Positions 54,185 through 62,205 of a DNA stretch of 64,000 nt are shown one piece after another (positions within the stretch are counted from its first letter, which is position 1; every line of letters starts with the position of its first letter). The DNA is from Oscillospiraceae bacterium (GTDB lineage Bacteria > Bacillota > Clostridia > Oscillospirales > Oscillospiraceae), in NCBI GenBank assembly GCA_022800665.1, contig JAAWQS010000005.1, positions 109 to 64,108 of the forward strand, written 5' to 3'. The translations under genes and the position numbers were made by a program. The notes under the pieces are model-generated. The model was not told the origin of the DNA. It did no database searches and worked only from the letters and a program-made list of their open reading frames with translations.

Positions 54185-54407
54185 TAATATATCAAAAGGG
54201 GACGCTGTCGTGGCATTTTCTCTCCGTTGTTTCTGTCTTAAATAGTACCATACTGGCACAAACCCGTCAAGACGCGGACTATTACGCCCATGCTACAATA
54301 GCGTAATGGCAGAAAGTACGCTACCCCTGGACCTGCCTGGCTGCGCAAGCCAGCCACTGCTGTACCGTAAAAATAAGCATGTGCAGAAAAGTTTATATAT
54401 ACTATGC

Positions 54408-54438
54408 TTGACATACTTCATAGAGTATTTGTTATAAT
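54408..54438 (+). promoter_or_regulatory. proximal hicBA promoter TTGACA-19 nt-TATAAT
   Basis: Consensus hexamers, but the 19-nt spacer is long. Confidence 0.4.
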
Positions 54439-54461
54439 TTCTATTGTTAGGAGGTTTCAAA

Positions 54462-54680
54462 ATGGAATACCATGTAAACTTGATGTGGGACACGGAGGCG
54501 TCTGTATGGCTTGCCACCAGCGAGGATATTCCAGGCTTGGCACTGGAGGGCGGCTCATTCGATGCGCTGCTGGAACGGGTTCGCTACGCTGCACCAGAGC
54601 TGCTGGAGCTGAACGGCTGCGAAAAAGCGGCGACTTTGGTTTTTTCGACATCTGACCGCCGTGAAAGGGCCGTGTCATAA
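54462..54680 (+). CDS. hicB: HicB-family antitoxin (DUF1902-type N-domain)
   Basis: MEYHVNLMWDTEASVWLATSEDIPGLALEGGSFDALLERV matches the DUF1902/HicB-like pattern. AGGAGG SD. Overlaps hicA by 1 nt. Confidence 0.8.
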   Translation: MEYHVNLMWDTEASVWLATSEDIPGLALEGGSFDALLERVRYAAPELLELNGCEKAATLVFSTSDRRERAVS

Positions 54681-54877
54681 TGGCCGAGTATGAAAAACGT
54701 ATCCGGGAAATTCTCAGGCAGGAGCATTGTAAATTTGTCCGGCACGGGAAAGGCGATCATGATATCTGGTACAGTCCAATCAATGGCCGCACGTTTACTG
54801 TACCCGTCAAAATCAAATCCCGCCATATGGCAAATGTGATCTTAAAGCAGGGCGGGTTATCTTATCGGTTCCGATAA
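54680..54877 (+). CDS. hicA: HicA-family mRNA interferase toxin
   Basis: 65 aa. The GKGDHDIWYSP...TVPV...K segment is typical of HicA/YcfA. Confidence 0.85.
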   Translation: MAEYEKRIREILRQEHCKFVRHGKGDHDIWYSPINGRTFTVPVKIKSRHMANVILKQGGLSYRFR

Positions 54878-54987
54878 AGAAAAAAAGCCCCGGTGCTCCA
54901 TCACCGAGAGCGGCTATAGAGGGCAGTAGACTTGAGAGGTCCCACTGCCCTCCTATCATATCAGAAGGGTCAAGTGTCTAAAAGCAT

Positions 54988-55021
54988 GATAAAACCCCTA
55001 GAACCATTACAGCTCTAGGGG
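54988..55021 (-). terminator. hairpin terminator downstream of tRNA-Gly (also faces hicA)
   Basis: CCCCTAGA/TCTAGGGG stem, followed on the minus strand by TTTTAT. Confidence 0.6.
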
Positions 55022-55028
55022 TTCTTGT

Positions 55029-55102
55029 TGGAGCAGGGTACGGGAATCGAACCCGCCTCCTCGGCTTGGGAAGCCGATGTACTACCGATGTACTAACCCT
55101 GC
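55029..55102 (-). tRNA. tRNA-Gly (anticodon CCC), CCA encoded
   Basis: Manual cloverleaf: acceptor GCAGGGT/ACCCTGC, D stem GTAC/GTAC, anticodon stem TCGGC/GCCGA with loop TTCCCAA, T arm GCGGG-TTCGATT-CCCGT, discriminator T, 74 nt. Confidence 0.9.
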
Positions 55103-55119
55103 CCGTCAGGTGCTTTTCT

Positions 55120-55148
55120 ATTATAACAGACTTGCCAGGAAAATGCAA
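55120..55148 (-). promoter_or_regulatory. sigma-70 promoter TTGCAT-17 nt-TATAAT for tRNA-Gly
   Basis: Hexamers on the minus strand. The predicted TSS is about 10 nt before the mature 5' end. Confidence 0.55.
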
Positions 55149-55223
55149 GAGAAATTTTTTTATGCTCCCACGCTGTCAGGCAGGCGGCGAAGCACGGCTG
55201 CGGGAAACCTGCCGCTTCCAGGG

Positions 55224-55252
55224 TTGACTTTCCGAATGGGAGGGTGTACAAT
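55224..55252 (+). promoter_or_regulatory. sigma-70 promoter TTGACT-17 nt-TACAAT for the MMPL operon
   Basis: Hexamers at 55224-55229 and 55247-55252. Confidence 0.5.
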
Positions 55253-55293
55253 GCGGGCATCATCCATTTTTTAGTGAAAGGAGTCAATGAGTT

Positions 55294-57777
55294 TTGGATA
55301 CGCGAAAACAGGATACCAGCGAAAAACAGAGTCCGATTCAGCATCTGGCCGCCTTCATCGTGGATAAACGGAAAGTTTTCTATCTGCTGTTTATTGGGCT
55401 CTGCATTTTTTGCGTATTTTCCTCCGGCTGGGTGTCTGTCAACGACGACCTGACCAGCTACCTGCCGGAAGAGACGGAGACCCGCCGGGGCCTGACGGCT
55501 ATGGACGCGGAGTTTGTGACCTTCGGAGACAGCCGGGCGCTGGTGGACAACGTGTCCGCGGCGCAGGCGGAGGTTCTGGCGGAGCGGTTGGAGTCGCTGG
55601 AGGGCGTCAAGAGCGTGGAATTTGACGGCTCTGCGGACCACTACCAGAATGGCGCGGCGTTATTCTCCATTACATACGACGGCGCGGCAGACGAAGACGT
55701 CAGCCTCCAGGCCCTGGCCCAGGTCAAGGAAACCCTGGCCGGGTACGATCTGTACGTCACCGGCAGCACAGGCGCGGATGACTCTGCCAATCTGGACGCG
55801 GAGATGCAGGTGGTCATGGTCATTGCCGTAGTGATTATTCTGCTGGTGCTGCTGTTCACCTCCCATACATATATGGAGATTCCGGTGCTGCTGATGACCT
55901 TCGGCATGGCGGCGTTGTTGAACAAGGGGACCAACTTCATCTTTGGGGAAATCTCCTTTGTGTCCAACTCCGTGGCTGTGGTGCTGCAGCTGGCGTTGGC
56001 CATTGACTACGCCATCATCCTCTGCCACCGCTACACAGAGGAGCGGGAGCGGATGGAGGCACGGGAGGCGGTGGTTACAGCTCTGAGCAAGGCCATCCCG
56101 GAGATTGCCGGCAGCTCCATGACTACCCTCTCCGGCCTGGGGGCCATGTGCTTTATGCGCTTTGGCATTGGTAAGGACCTGGGACTGGTGCTGATGAAGG
56201 CGATTGTGCTGAGCCTGCTGAGCGTGTTCACCCTGATGCCGGGGCTGCTGATGAGCTTCAGCGGGCTCATCGACCGGACCCACCACCGGAGTTTTGTGCC
56301 GAAAATCACCGCCTGGGGCCGTCTGGCGGTGAAGACCCGGTTCATCATGCCGCCCCTGTTTGCCCTGCTGTTGGTAGGCGGCTTCCTGTTCTCCAACCGG
56401 TGTCCCTATGTCTACGGCCAGACCACCCTGAGCACCATCCGGAAAAGCGATGCCCAGATTGCCCAGCAGAAGGTGGACGGAACCTTTGGCAGTGTGAATG
56501 TACTGGCGGTGCTGGTCCCCGCCGGGGACTATGAGCAGGAGGGCCGTCTGGCCCGCCGCCTGGAGGAACTGCCGGAGGTAGACACAGTGTTGGCCCTGTC
56601 CAACGTGGAGGCTATGGACGGCTATGTGCTCACCGACAAGTTGACTCCCCGGCAGTTTGCGGAGCTGACGGACCTGGATGTGGAGGCGGCGCGGCTGTTG
56701 TACTCCGCCTACGCCGTCAACGAGGAGACTTACGGACAGCTGGTGTCCGGCGTGGACAGCTACGGCGTGCCGCTGCTGGATATGTTTCTCTTTGTCTACG
56801 ACCAGATGCAGGCGGGCTATGTGACCCTGGAGGGCGACATGGCGGAGACCATCGAGGACCTCCACACCCAGCTCCACGACGCCCAGCTCCAGCTCAAGGG
56901 CGAGAACTACAGCCGCCTTGTGCTCCAGCTGAATCTGCCGGAGGAGAGTCCAGAGACCTTTGCCTTTCTGGATACCCTCCACAAGACGGTGGCGGAATAT
57001 TACCCTGAGGACGCGCTGCTGGTGGGCAACTCCACCAGTGACTTCGACCTGTCCTCCTCCTTCAGCAAGGACAATCTGCTCATCGGCATCCTGACCATTG
57101 TATTCGTGATTCTGGTGCTGATTTTCACCTTCAAGTCCGCCGGACTGCCGGTGCTGCTTATTCTGGTCATCCAGGGCAGCGTGTGGATCAACTTCTCCTT
57201 CCCCTATCTGATGGGGGACAATATGTTTTTCCTCAGCTATCTGGTGGTCAGCTCCATCCAGATGGGCGCGAATATCGACTACGCCATTGTCATTGCCAAC
57301 CGGTACACGGAACTGCGGCAGCAGATGCCCCTGAAGGACGCGGTGGTGGAATCTCTGAACGAAGCTTTCCCCACCATTGTCACCTCCGGCACGATTCTGG
57401 CCGCCGCCGGCGTACTGATCGGGTTCCTCTCCACCACACCCTCCATTGCATCCATCGGCGTGTGTCTGGGCCGCGGAACCATTATCTCCATCTTCCTGGT
57501 CATGGGCATCCTGCCCCAGATTCTGCTGCTGGGGGACATCCTCATCGACAAGACCGCCGTCACTCTGAAGGCCCGTCTGCCGGTGCAGTCCCGGTCGGGC
57601 AGCCTGTATGTGAACGGCCATGTGCGGGGATACGTCTCCGGCATGGTGGACGGACGGTTCTCCGGTGTGATCCACGGAGCTATCAACGCTGCGGTGGAGG
57701 CCGGAGCCGTGCAGCAGCTGGATGAGGAGAAAACAGAAACGGACAGTCAGGGAAAGGAGGAGGCCGCGCCATGCTGA
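55294..57777 (+). CDS. MMPL/RND-superfamily membrane transporter
   Basis: Two repeated halves, each with a large loop plus a TM bundle. Conserved IDYAII / IDYAIV motifs. TTG start with AAGGAG SD 9 nt upstream. Confidence 0.85.
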   Translation: MDTRKQDTSEKQSPIQHLAAFIVDKRKVFYLLFIGLCIFCVFSSGWVSVNDDLTSYLPEETETRRGLTAMDAEFVTFGDSRALVDNVSAAQAEVLAERLESLEGVKSVEFDGSADHYQNGAALFSITYDGAADEDVSLQALAQVKETLAGYDLYVTGSTGADDSANLDAEMQVVMVIAVVIILLVLLFTSHTYMEIPVLLMTFGMAALLNKGTNFIFGEISFVSNSVAVVLQLALAIDYAIILCHRYTEERERMEAREAVVTALSKAIPEIAGSSMTTLSGLGAMCFMRFGIGKDLGLVLMKAIVLSLLSVFTLMPGLLMSFSGLIDRTHHRSFVPKITAWGRLAVKTRFIMPPLFALLLVGGFLFSNRCPYVYGQTTLSTIRKSDAQIAQQKVDGTFGSVNVLAVLVPAGDYEQEGRLARRLEELPEVDTVLALSNVEAMDGYVLTDKLTPRQFAELTDLDVEAARLLYSAYAVNEETYGQLVSGVDSYGVPLLDMFLFVYDQMQAGYVTLEGDMAETIEDLHTQLHDAQLQLKGENYSRLVLQLNLPEESPETFAFLDTLHKTVAEYYPEDALLVGNSTSDFDLSSSFSKDNLLIGILTIVFVILVLIFTFKSAGLPVLLILVIQGSVWINFSFPYLMGDNMFFLSYLVVSSIQMGANIDYAIVIANRYTELRQQMPLKDAVVESLNEAFPTIVTSGTILAAAGVLIGFLSTTPSIASIGVCLGRGTIISIFLVMGILPQILLLGDILIDKTAVTLKARLPVQSRSGSLYVNGHVRGYVSGMVDGRFSGVIHGAINAAVEAGAVQQLDEEKTETDSQGKEEAAPC

Positions 57778-60700
57778 TTCGGAACAGACGGCGGCGGCTG
57801 GCGCTGCTGCTGGCAGCGGCCATGCTGCTGGGAAACCGCCCTGCCGCACAGGCGGCGGGCGAGAACGTATACATCTATTCCGTGGAGGATCTGCTGCGGG
57901 TGGCGGAGCAGTGCGCTCTGGACAGCTGGTCCAAAGGGCGGACCGTGACGCTGGCCGCGGACCTGGACCTGAAGGGAGAAAATTTTGTGCCATTCCCCAT
58001 CTTCTGCGGTGTGTTTGACGGCCAGGGCCACACCATCTCCGGCCTGTGCGTTGCGGAAAGCGGCTCCTCTATGGGCCTATTCCGTATTTTGCAGGAGGAC
58101 GCCGTAGTCCGGGACCTGACGGTAGCCGGTACGGTGTCGCCGTCGGGCAGCGCCTCCCAGGTGGGGGGCCTTGTGGGTGTGAACCGGGGTTCTGTGCAGA
58201 ACTGCGTCTTCCAGGGAACTGTCCAGGGGGGCAGTCAGGTGGGCGGCATTGCCGGGATGAACCGGGAGAGCGGCGAAATTTCCGGCTGTACCGTAGAGGG
58301 GCAGATCACTGGCAGCAGCGCGTCCGGCGGCATCGCCGGGCAGAACGAGGGATCGCTGGTCAAGTGTACCAACAGCGCGGAGGTCAACACCGGCGTCCCG
58401 GACGACTCCCCCCGGCTCCCGGACGTACCGCTGGAGCAGACCGCCGAGGGGGTGGAGCGAACGGACACGCTCTTCTCCAGCCACAGCGACACCGGCGGCA
58501 TTGCTGGTCTGAGCCGCGGCGTGGTGCAGAGCTGCGTCAACAACGGCATGGTTGGTTATCCCCATGTGGGGTATAATGTAGGCGGCGTGGCCGGACGGCA
58601 GAGCGGGTATCTGTCCGGATGCGTGAACAACGCCGCTGTCTATGGCCGCAAGGACGTGGGCGGCATTGTGGGGCAGGCGGAACCGGATATCGCCATTCTG
58701 TCCGGCACGGAGACGCTGGAGCAGCTGGAGAACGAGCTGGACAGCCTGGAAAATCTGATTGCCCGGTCTTTGGACAGCGCGGAGGCCCAGGGCAGCCGGA
58801 TTTCCGGCACGCTCTCCGCCCTGGGGGACTACGCCGGGAACGCCAAAGACCACGCCAATACGCTGCTGGAGCAGACCTCCGCCTTTGTGGACGGCAATAT
58901 CCAGCAGGTCAACACCATTGCCGCCGCTGTGACCGATGCCCTGGACCGGTTCTCCCCGGCGTTGGATTCCCTGACGGACGCCGCAGATTGGATGGACGAC
59001 GCCTGCAGCCGTCTGGAGGAGGCTGTGGAGGCCATGGAGGACGCGGGGAGCATCACCAGGGACGCGGCGGCGTTGGCCCGCCAGTCCCTGGAGCGTTTGG
59101 AGCAAATGACCGGCGAGCTGGCGGGTGCGGCGGACGGTATGCGGTCCGCACTCCGGCGGCTTCAGGACGCGGTGGTCCACCGGGACCAGGAGGAGGCGCG
59201 GCGGGCATTGGCATCGCTGGCCGAGGCGGTCGCCCGTTTTTCCGGTGGTGTGTCGGGGGCATCGGATGCTCTGGCGGCGTTGGCAGACGCCATCCACAGC
59301 GGTGTCTTCGACCGGGACGCCTTGCAGCAACTGACTGCATCGCTGTCCGCCATTGGCGGGGCGGCGAGACAGTTTGCGGAGAGTATCCGCAGTTTGGCCC
59401 AGAATACCGACTTCAGCTGGGACGCCCTGGAGGACGGGATTACCGGCGCAGGCGGTGCGCTGGAGGGCGTGCATAACGCTGTGCGGACCTTTGCCGCAGC
59501 CATTGCCGCTCTGCGGGAAGCCGGGGACACGGCGGCTGACGCCGCCGGTCCTCTGGAGGCTGTGCGCAATGCTCTGCTGGGTGCGCTGGACGCAGGCGGC
59601 GGCATGAGCCGCAGTCTGGCCCAGGCTTTTGAGGGCATGGAGAGCGCCGTGGATATGCTCCGCCGGAACGGCAATGTCCCCTTTACCGCCCTGGGCGACG
59701 CCTTCCACGACGCCAGCAGCGGGCTGTACAGCGCGGCCAGCGGACTGGAAAAGGAGCTGGAAAACCTGCGCAGGGATATGGACGGCGCCAGAGACGGTCT
59801 GACCGGGAACCTGCAGGCCATTAACCGTCAGTCCGGCGTGGCCGCCAGTCTGATGCTTGACGCCATTACCGGCCTGCAGAGCGGGACCGGCAGCATTATT
59901 TCCGACAGCTCCAGCGAGGATGTGGACGCTGTCCGGAAGGGAAAGATTGCCCAGTGCGTCAACAACGGCCCGGTGGAAGGCGACCGGAACGTGGGCGGCA
60001 CGGCGGGGGCGATGGCTATTGAATACGATTTCGACCCGGAGGACGATGTGCAGCGCCTGTCCCTGGGAACCACCTACGAGACCAGGGCTGTTTTGCAGAA
60101 CAACATCAGCCAGGGAGAGATCACCGGCAAAAAGGACTGCGTAGGCGGCACGGTGGGCCGCATGGACCTGGGAGCTGCGGCGGGCTGTCAGAGCTACGGC
60201 AGTGTGACCAGCAGCAGCGGCAGCTATGTGGGGGGCATCGCCGGGTGGTCGGAGTCCGTCATCCGGGACAGCTTTGCCAAGTGCGTTCTTTCGGGACAGG
60301 ACGATGTGGGCGGCATCGCCGGATGGGCCGTCCGGCTGGAGAACTGCCGGGCCATTGCCACCATCGCTGAAGGGCGGTCCCGCCTGGGGGCCATTGCCGG
60401 AAACGCGGACCTGGAGGGCGGCGGAATTACCGGCAACCGCTTTATGGACACCGGTACGGCGGGGGTAGACGGCGTCAGCTATGCGGGCATGGCCGAGCCG
60501 GTGGCGTTCACCGTCCTGCAGGAAGAGGCCGGCGTTCCGGCTGCATTTACCACCTTTACCCTGACTCTGCTGGCGGACGGCGAGGCGGTGGACAGAATCC
60601 CCTTCCAATACGGCCAGGACCTGCTGGGCATCACACTGCCGGAGGTACCGGAACAGGAGGGCTGCTATGGCCGGTGGCCGGAATTTGACACCAGCGGTCT

Positions 60701-61208
60701 GGTCTCCGACGTGACAGTGGAGGCCGTCTATACCCCCTGGGCCGCTTTGGTTGCCAGTGCGGAGACTGCGGAAGAGAACGGGCCGTCGCTGGCTCTGGCG
60801 GAGGGACAGTTCACTCCGGATGCCAGACTGCTGGTGCAGACGGTCAGCCAGACGCCTCCCTCCGGGTCTGGTCAGGTCTGGGAACTGACTTTGACCGGGT
60901 CCGGCCTGCCAAAAGACGCACAAGTACCGATCCGCCTGCTGGACCGCTCCGGGTCCGGTACGGTGTGGCAGTATGTGTCCGGCCACTGGCGGCAGTTGGA
61001 CGCGGAGGCCAATGGTCAGTATCTGCTGCTGCATATGGACGGCCTGTCCGGCGTATTTTGTGTGGTCCCAGGCGAAAGCAGCCGAAACACCCTGCTGGCT
61101 GTATCTGCCGCGTCTGCGCTGCTGCTTCTGGCCGGTCTTGGCAGGAGGCGTTGGAAAAAGAAAAAGGCCCGGAGCAGCGCAAGCGCAGCGGCGCAATCCG
61201 GCCAGTAA
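57771..61208 (+). CDS. 1145-aa surface protein: signal peptide, GLUG-motif repeats, long Ala-rich helical region, second GLUG block, C-terminal TM anchor
   Basis: Repeated VGGLVG/VGGIAG...N/C motifs (GLUG-like). C-terminal LLAVSAASALLLLAGLG plus RRRWKKKK. The start overlaps the MMPL stop (ATGCTGA). Confidence 0.8.
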   Translation: MLIRNRRRRLALLLAAAMLLGNRPAAQAAGENVYIYSVEDLLRVAEQCALDSWSKGRTVTLAADLDLKGENFVPFPIFCGVFDGQGHTISGLCVAESGSSMGLFRILQEDAVVRDLTVAGTVSPSGSASQVGGLVGVNRGSVQNCVFQGTVQGGSQVGGIAGMNRESGEISGCTVEGQITGSSASGGIAGQNEGSLVKCTNSAEVNTGVPDDSPRLPDVPLEQTAEGVERTDTLFSSHSDTGGIAGLSRGVVQSCVNNGMVGYPHVGYNVGGVAGRQSGYLSGCVNNAAVYGRKDVGGIVGQAEPDIAILSGTETLEQLENELDSLENLIARSLDSAEAQGSRISGTLSALGDYAGNAKDHANTLLEQTSAFVDGNIQQVNTIAAAVTDALDRFSPALDSLTDAADWMDDACSRLEEAVEAMEDAGSITRDAAALARQSLERLEQMTGELAGAADGMRSALRRLQDAVVHRDQEEARRALASLAEAVARFSGGVSGASDALAALADAIHSGVFDRDALQQLTASLSAIGGAARQFAESIRSLAQNTDFSWDALEDGITGAGGALEGVHNAVRTFAAAIAALREAGDTAADAAGPLEAVRNALLGALDAGGGMSRSLAQAFEGMESAVDMLRRNGNVPFTALGDAFHDASSGLYSAASGLEKELENLRRDMDGARDGLTGNLQAINRQSGVAASLMLDAITGLQSGTGSIISDSSSEDVDAVRKGKIAQCVNNGPVEGDRNVGGTAGAMAIEYDFDPEDDVQRLSLGTTYETRAVLQNNISQGEITGKKDCVGGTVGRMDLGAAAGCQSYGSVTSSSGSYVGGIAGWSESVIRDSFAKCVLSGQDDVGGIAGWAVRLENCRAIATIAEGRSRLGAIAGNADLEGGGITGNRFMDTGTAGVDGVSYAGMAEPVAFTVLQEEAGVPAAFTTFTLTLLADGEAVDRIPFQYGQDLLGITLPEVPEQEGCYGRWPEFDTSGLVSDVTVEAVYTPWAALVASAETAEENGPSLALAEGQFTPDARLLVQTVSQTPPSGSGQVWELTLTGSGLPKDAQVPIRLLDRSGSGTVWQYVSGHWRQLDAEANGQYLLLHMDGLSGVFCVVPGESSRNTLLAVSAASALLLLAGLGRRRWKKKKARSSASAAAQSGQ

Positions 61209-61230
61209 CAACGGCAAAAGGAGGGTATCC

Positions 61231-61833
61231 ATGCCGCGAAAAAACACACGCAACACAAAGGGGCGCATTATTTCCGCCGCCTGGAAGCTGTTCTATGAAC
61301 AGGGCTACGATGAGACCACCGTGGAGGACATTGTCTTTGAATCCGAGACCTCCAAAGGCTCTTTTTACCACTATTTTGACGGAAAGGACGCGCTGCTGGG
61401 TACCCTGGCCAACGTGTTTGACGAAAAATACGAGGAGCTGAAGGAGGCCATGGACCCCTCCCTGGACGCGGTTGGGAAGCTGGTTTATCTCAACCACGAG
61501 CTGTTTCTCATGATCGACTCCAGCGTGTCTCTGGACCTGCTGGCCCGGCTGCTGTCCACCCAGCTGCTGGCCCGGGGAGAGAAGCACCTGCTGGACCGAA
61601 ACCGCACCTATTTTAAGCTCTTGCGGGACATCATCCGCCAGGGACAGGAGGGCGGCCAGCTGCGCGGGGACCGCACGGTGAACGATATCGTGAAGGCGTA
61701 CGCCCTGTGGGAACGGGCGCTGCTGTATGACTGGTGCCTCTGCGGAGGGGAGTATTCCCTGGTGGCCTATACCGACAGCGTGACGCCCATGTTTCTGGAG
61801 AGCTACCGTGCACGCCCGGAGCGAATAGATTGA
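61231..61833 (+). CDS. TetR/AcrR-family transcriptional regulator
   Basis: N-terminal HTH (RIISAAWKLFYEQGYDETTVEDIVFESETSKGSFYHYF). ATG at 61231 with AAAGGAGGG SD. Confidence 0.9.
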   Translation: MPRKNTRNTKGRIISAAWKLFYEQGYDETTVEDIVFESETSKGSFYHYFDGKDALLGTLANVFDEKYEELKEAMDPSLDAVGKLVYLNHELFLMIDSSVSLDLLARLLSTQLLARGEKHLLDRNRTYFKLLRDIIRQGQEGGQLRGDRTVNDIVKAYALWERALLYDWCLCGGEYSLVAYTDSVTPMFLESYRARPERID

Positions 61834-61915
61834 TTTTATTTTTTTGAGCGTATTGCGGACTCAAAAATCGTCTAGTGAAAAAAACTATTAAAATCAAGAA
61901 AAAATGAGAATTTGG

Positions 61916-61955
61916 ACAGAACGCCGTATAGAATGAATTCTATACGGCGTTCTGT
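61916..61955 (+). terminator. strong intrinsic terminator after the TetR gene
   Basis: Near-perfect 19-bp inverted repeat ACAGAACGCCGTATAGAAT/ATTCTATACGGCGTTCTGT followed by ATTTCATTCTT. Confidence 0.8.
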
Positions 61956-62205
61956 ATTTCATTCTTGTGAAAAGTGTGCTATGATATAACGGATCAAGTT
62001 AAAAAAGGGCAGAATGCACTTTTCTAATCAGCGGGCCGACAGCCCGCTGATGCGCAAAGCGCACTTGATTCCCTATGAGGTGCAAGTCAAGCCCGCGTAT
62101 GCGGCCTACTGCGGCGATTCATCGCCGCGGGGTTCAAAAGGATCACATGATACGTTTGAACTTGCTTGACGATATCACCCATTGATATAGAAAAGGAGAA
62201 CGAGT

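Noticed and set aside
54254-54259. TGGCAC hexamer that could be a sigma-54 -24 element
   Set aside because: The -12 position five nucleotides downstream reads CGTC rather than TTGC, and no sigma-54-type activator or target gene is nearby.
54878-55300. Integrated mobile element or att site at tRNA-Gly
   Set aside because: I saw no integrase or recombinase ORF and no duplicated copy of the tRNA 3' end in the flanks. The MMPL operon on the other side has the same GC-rich composition as the core genes.
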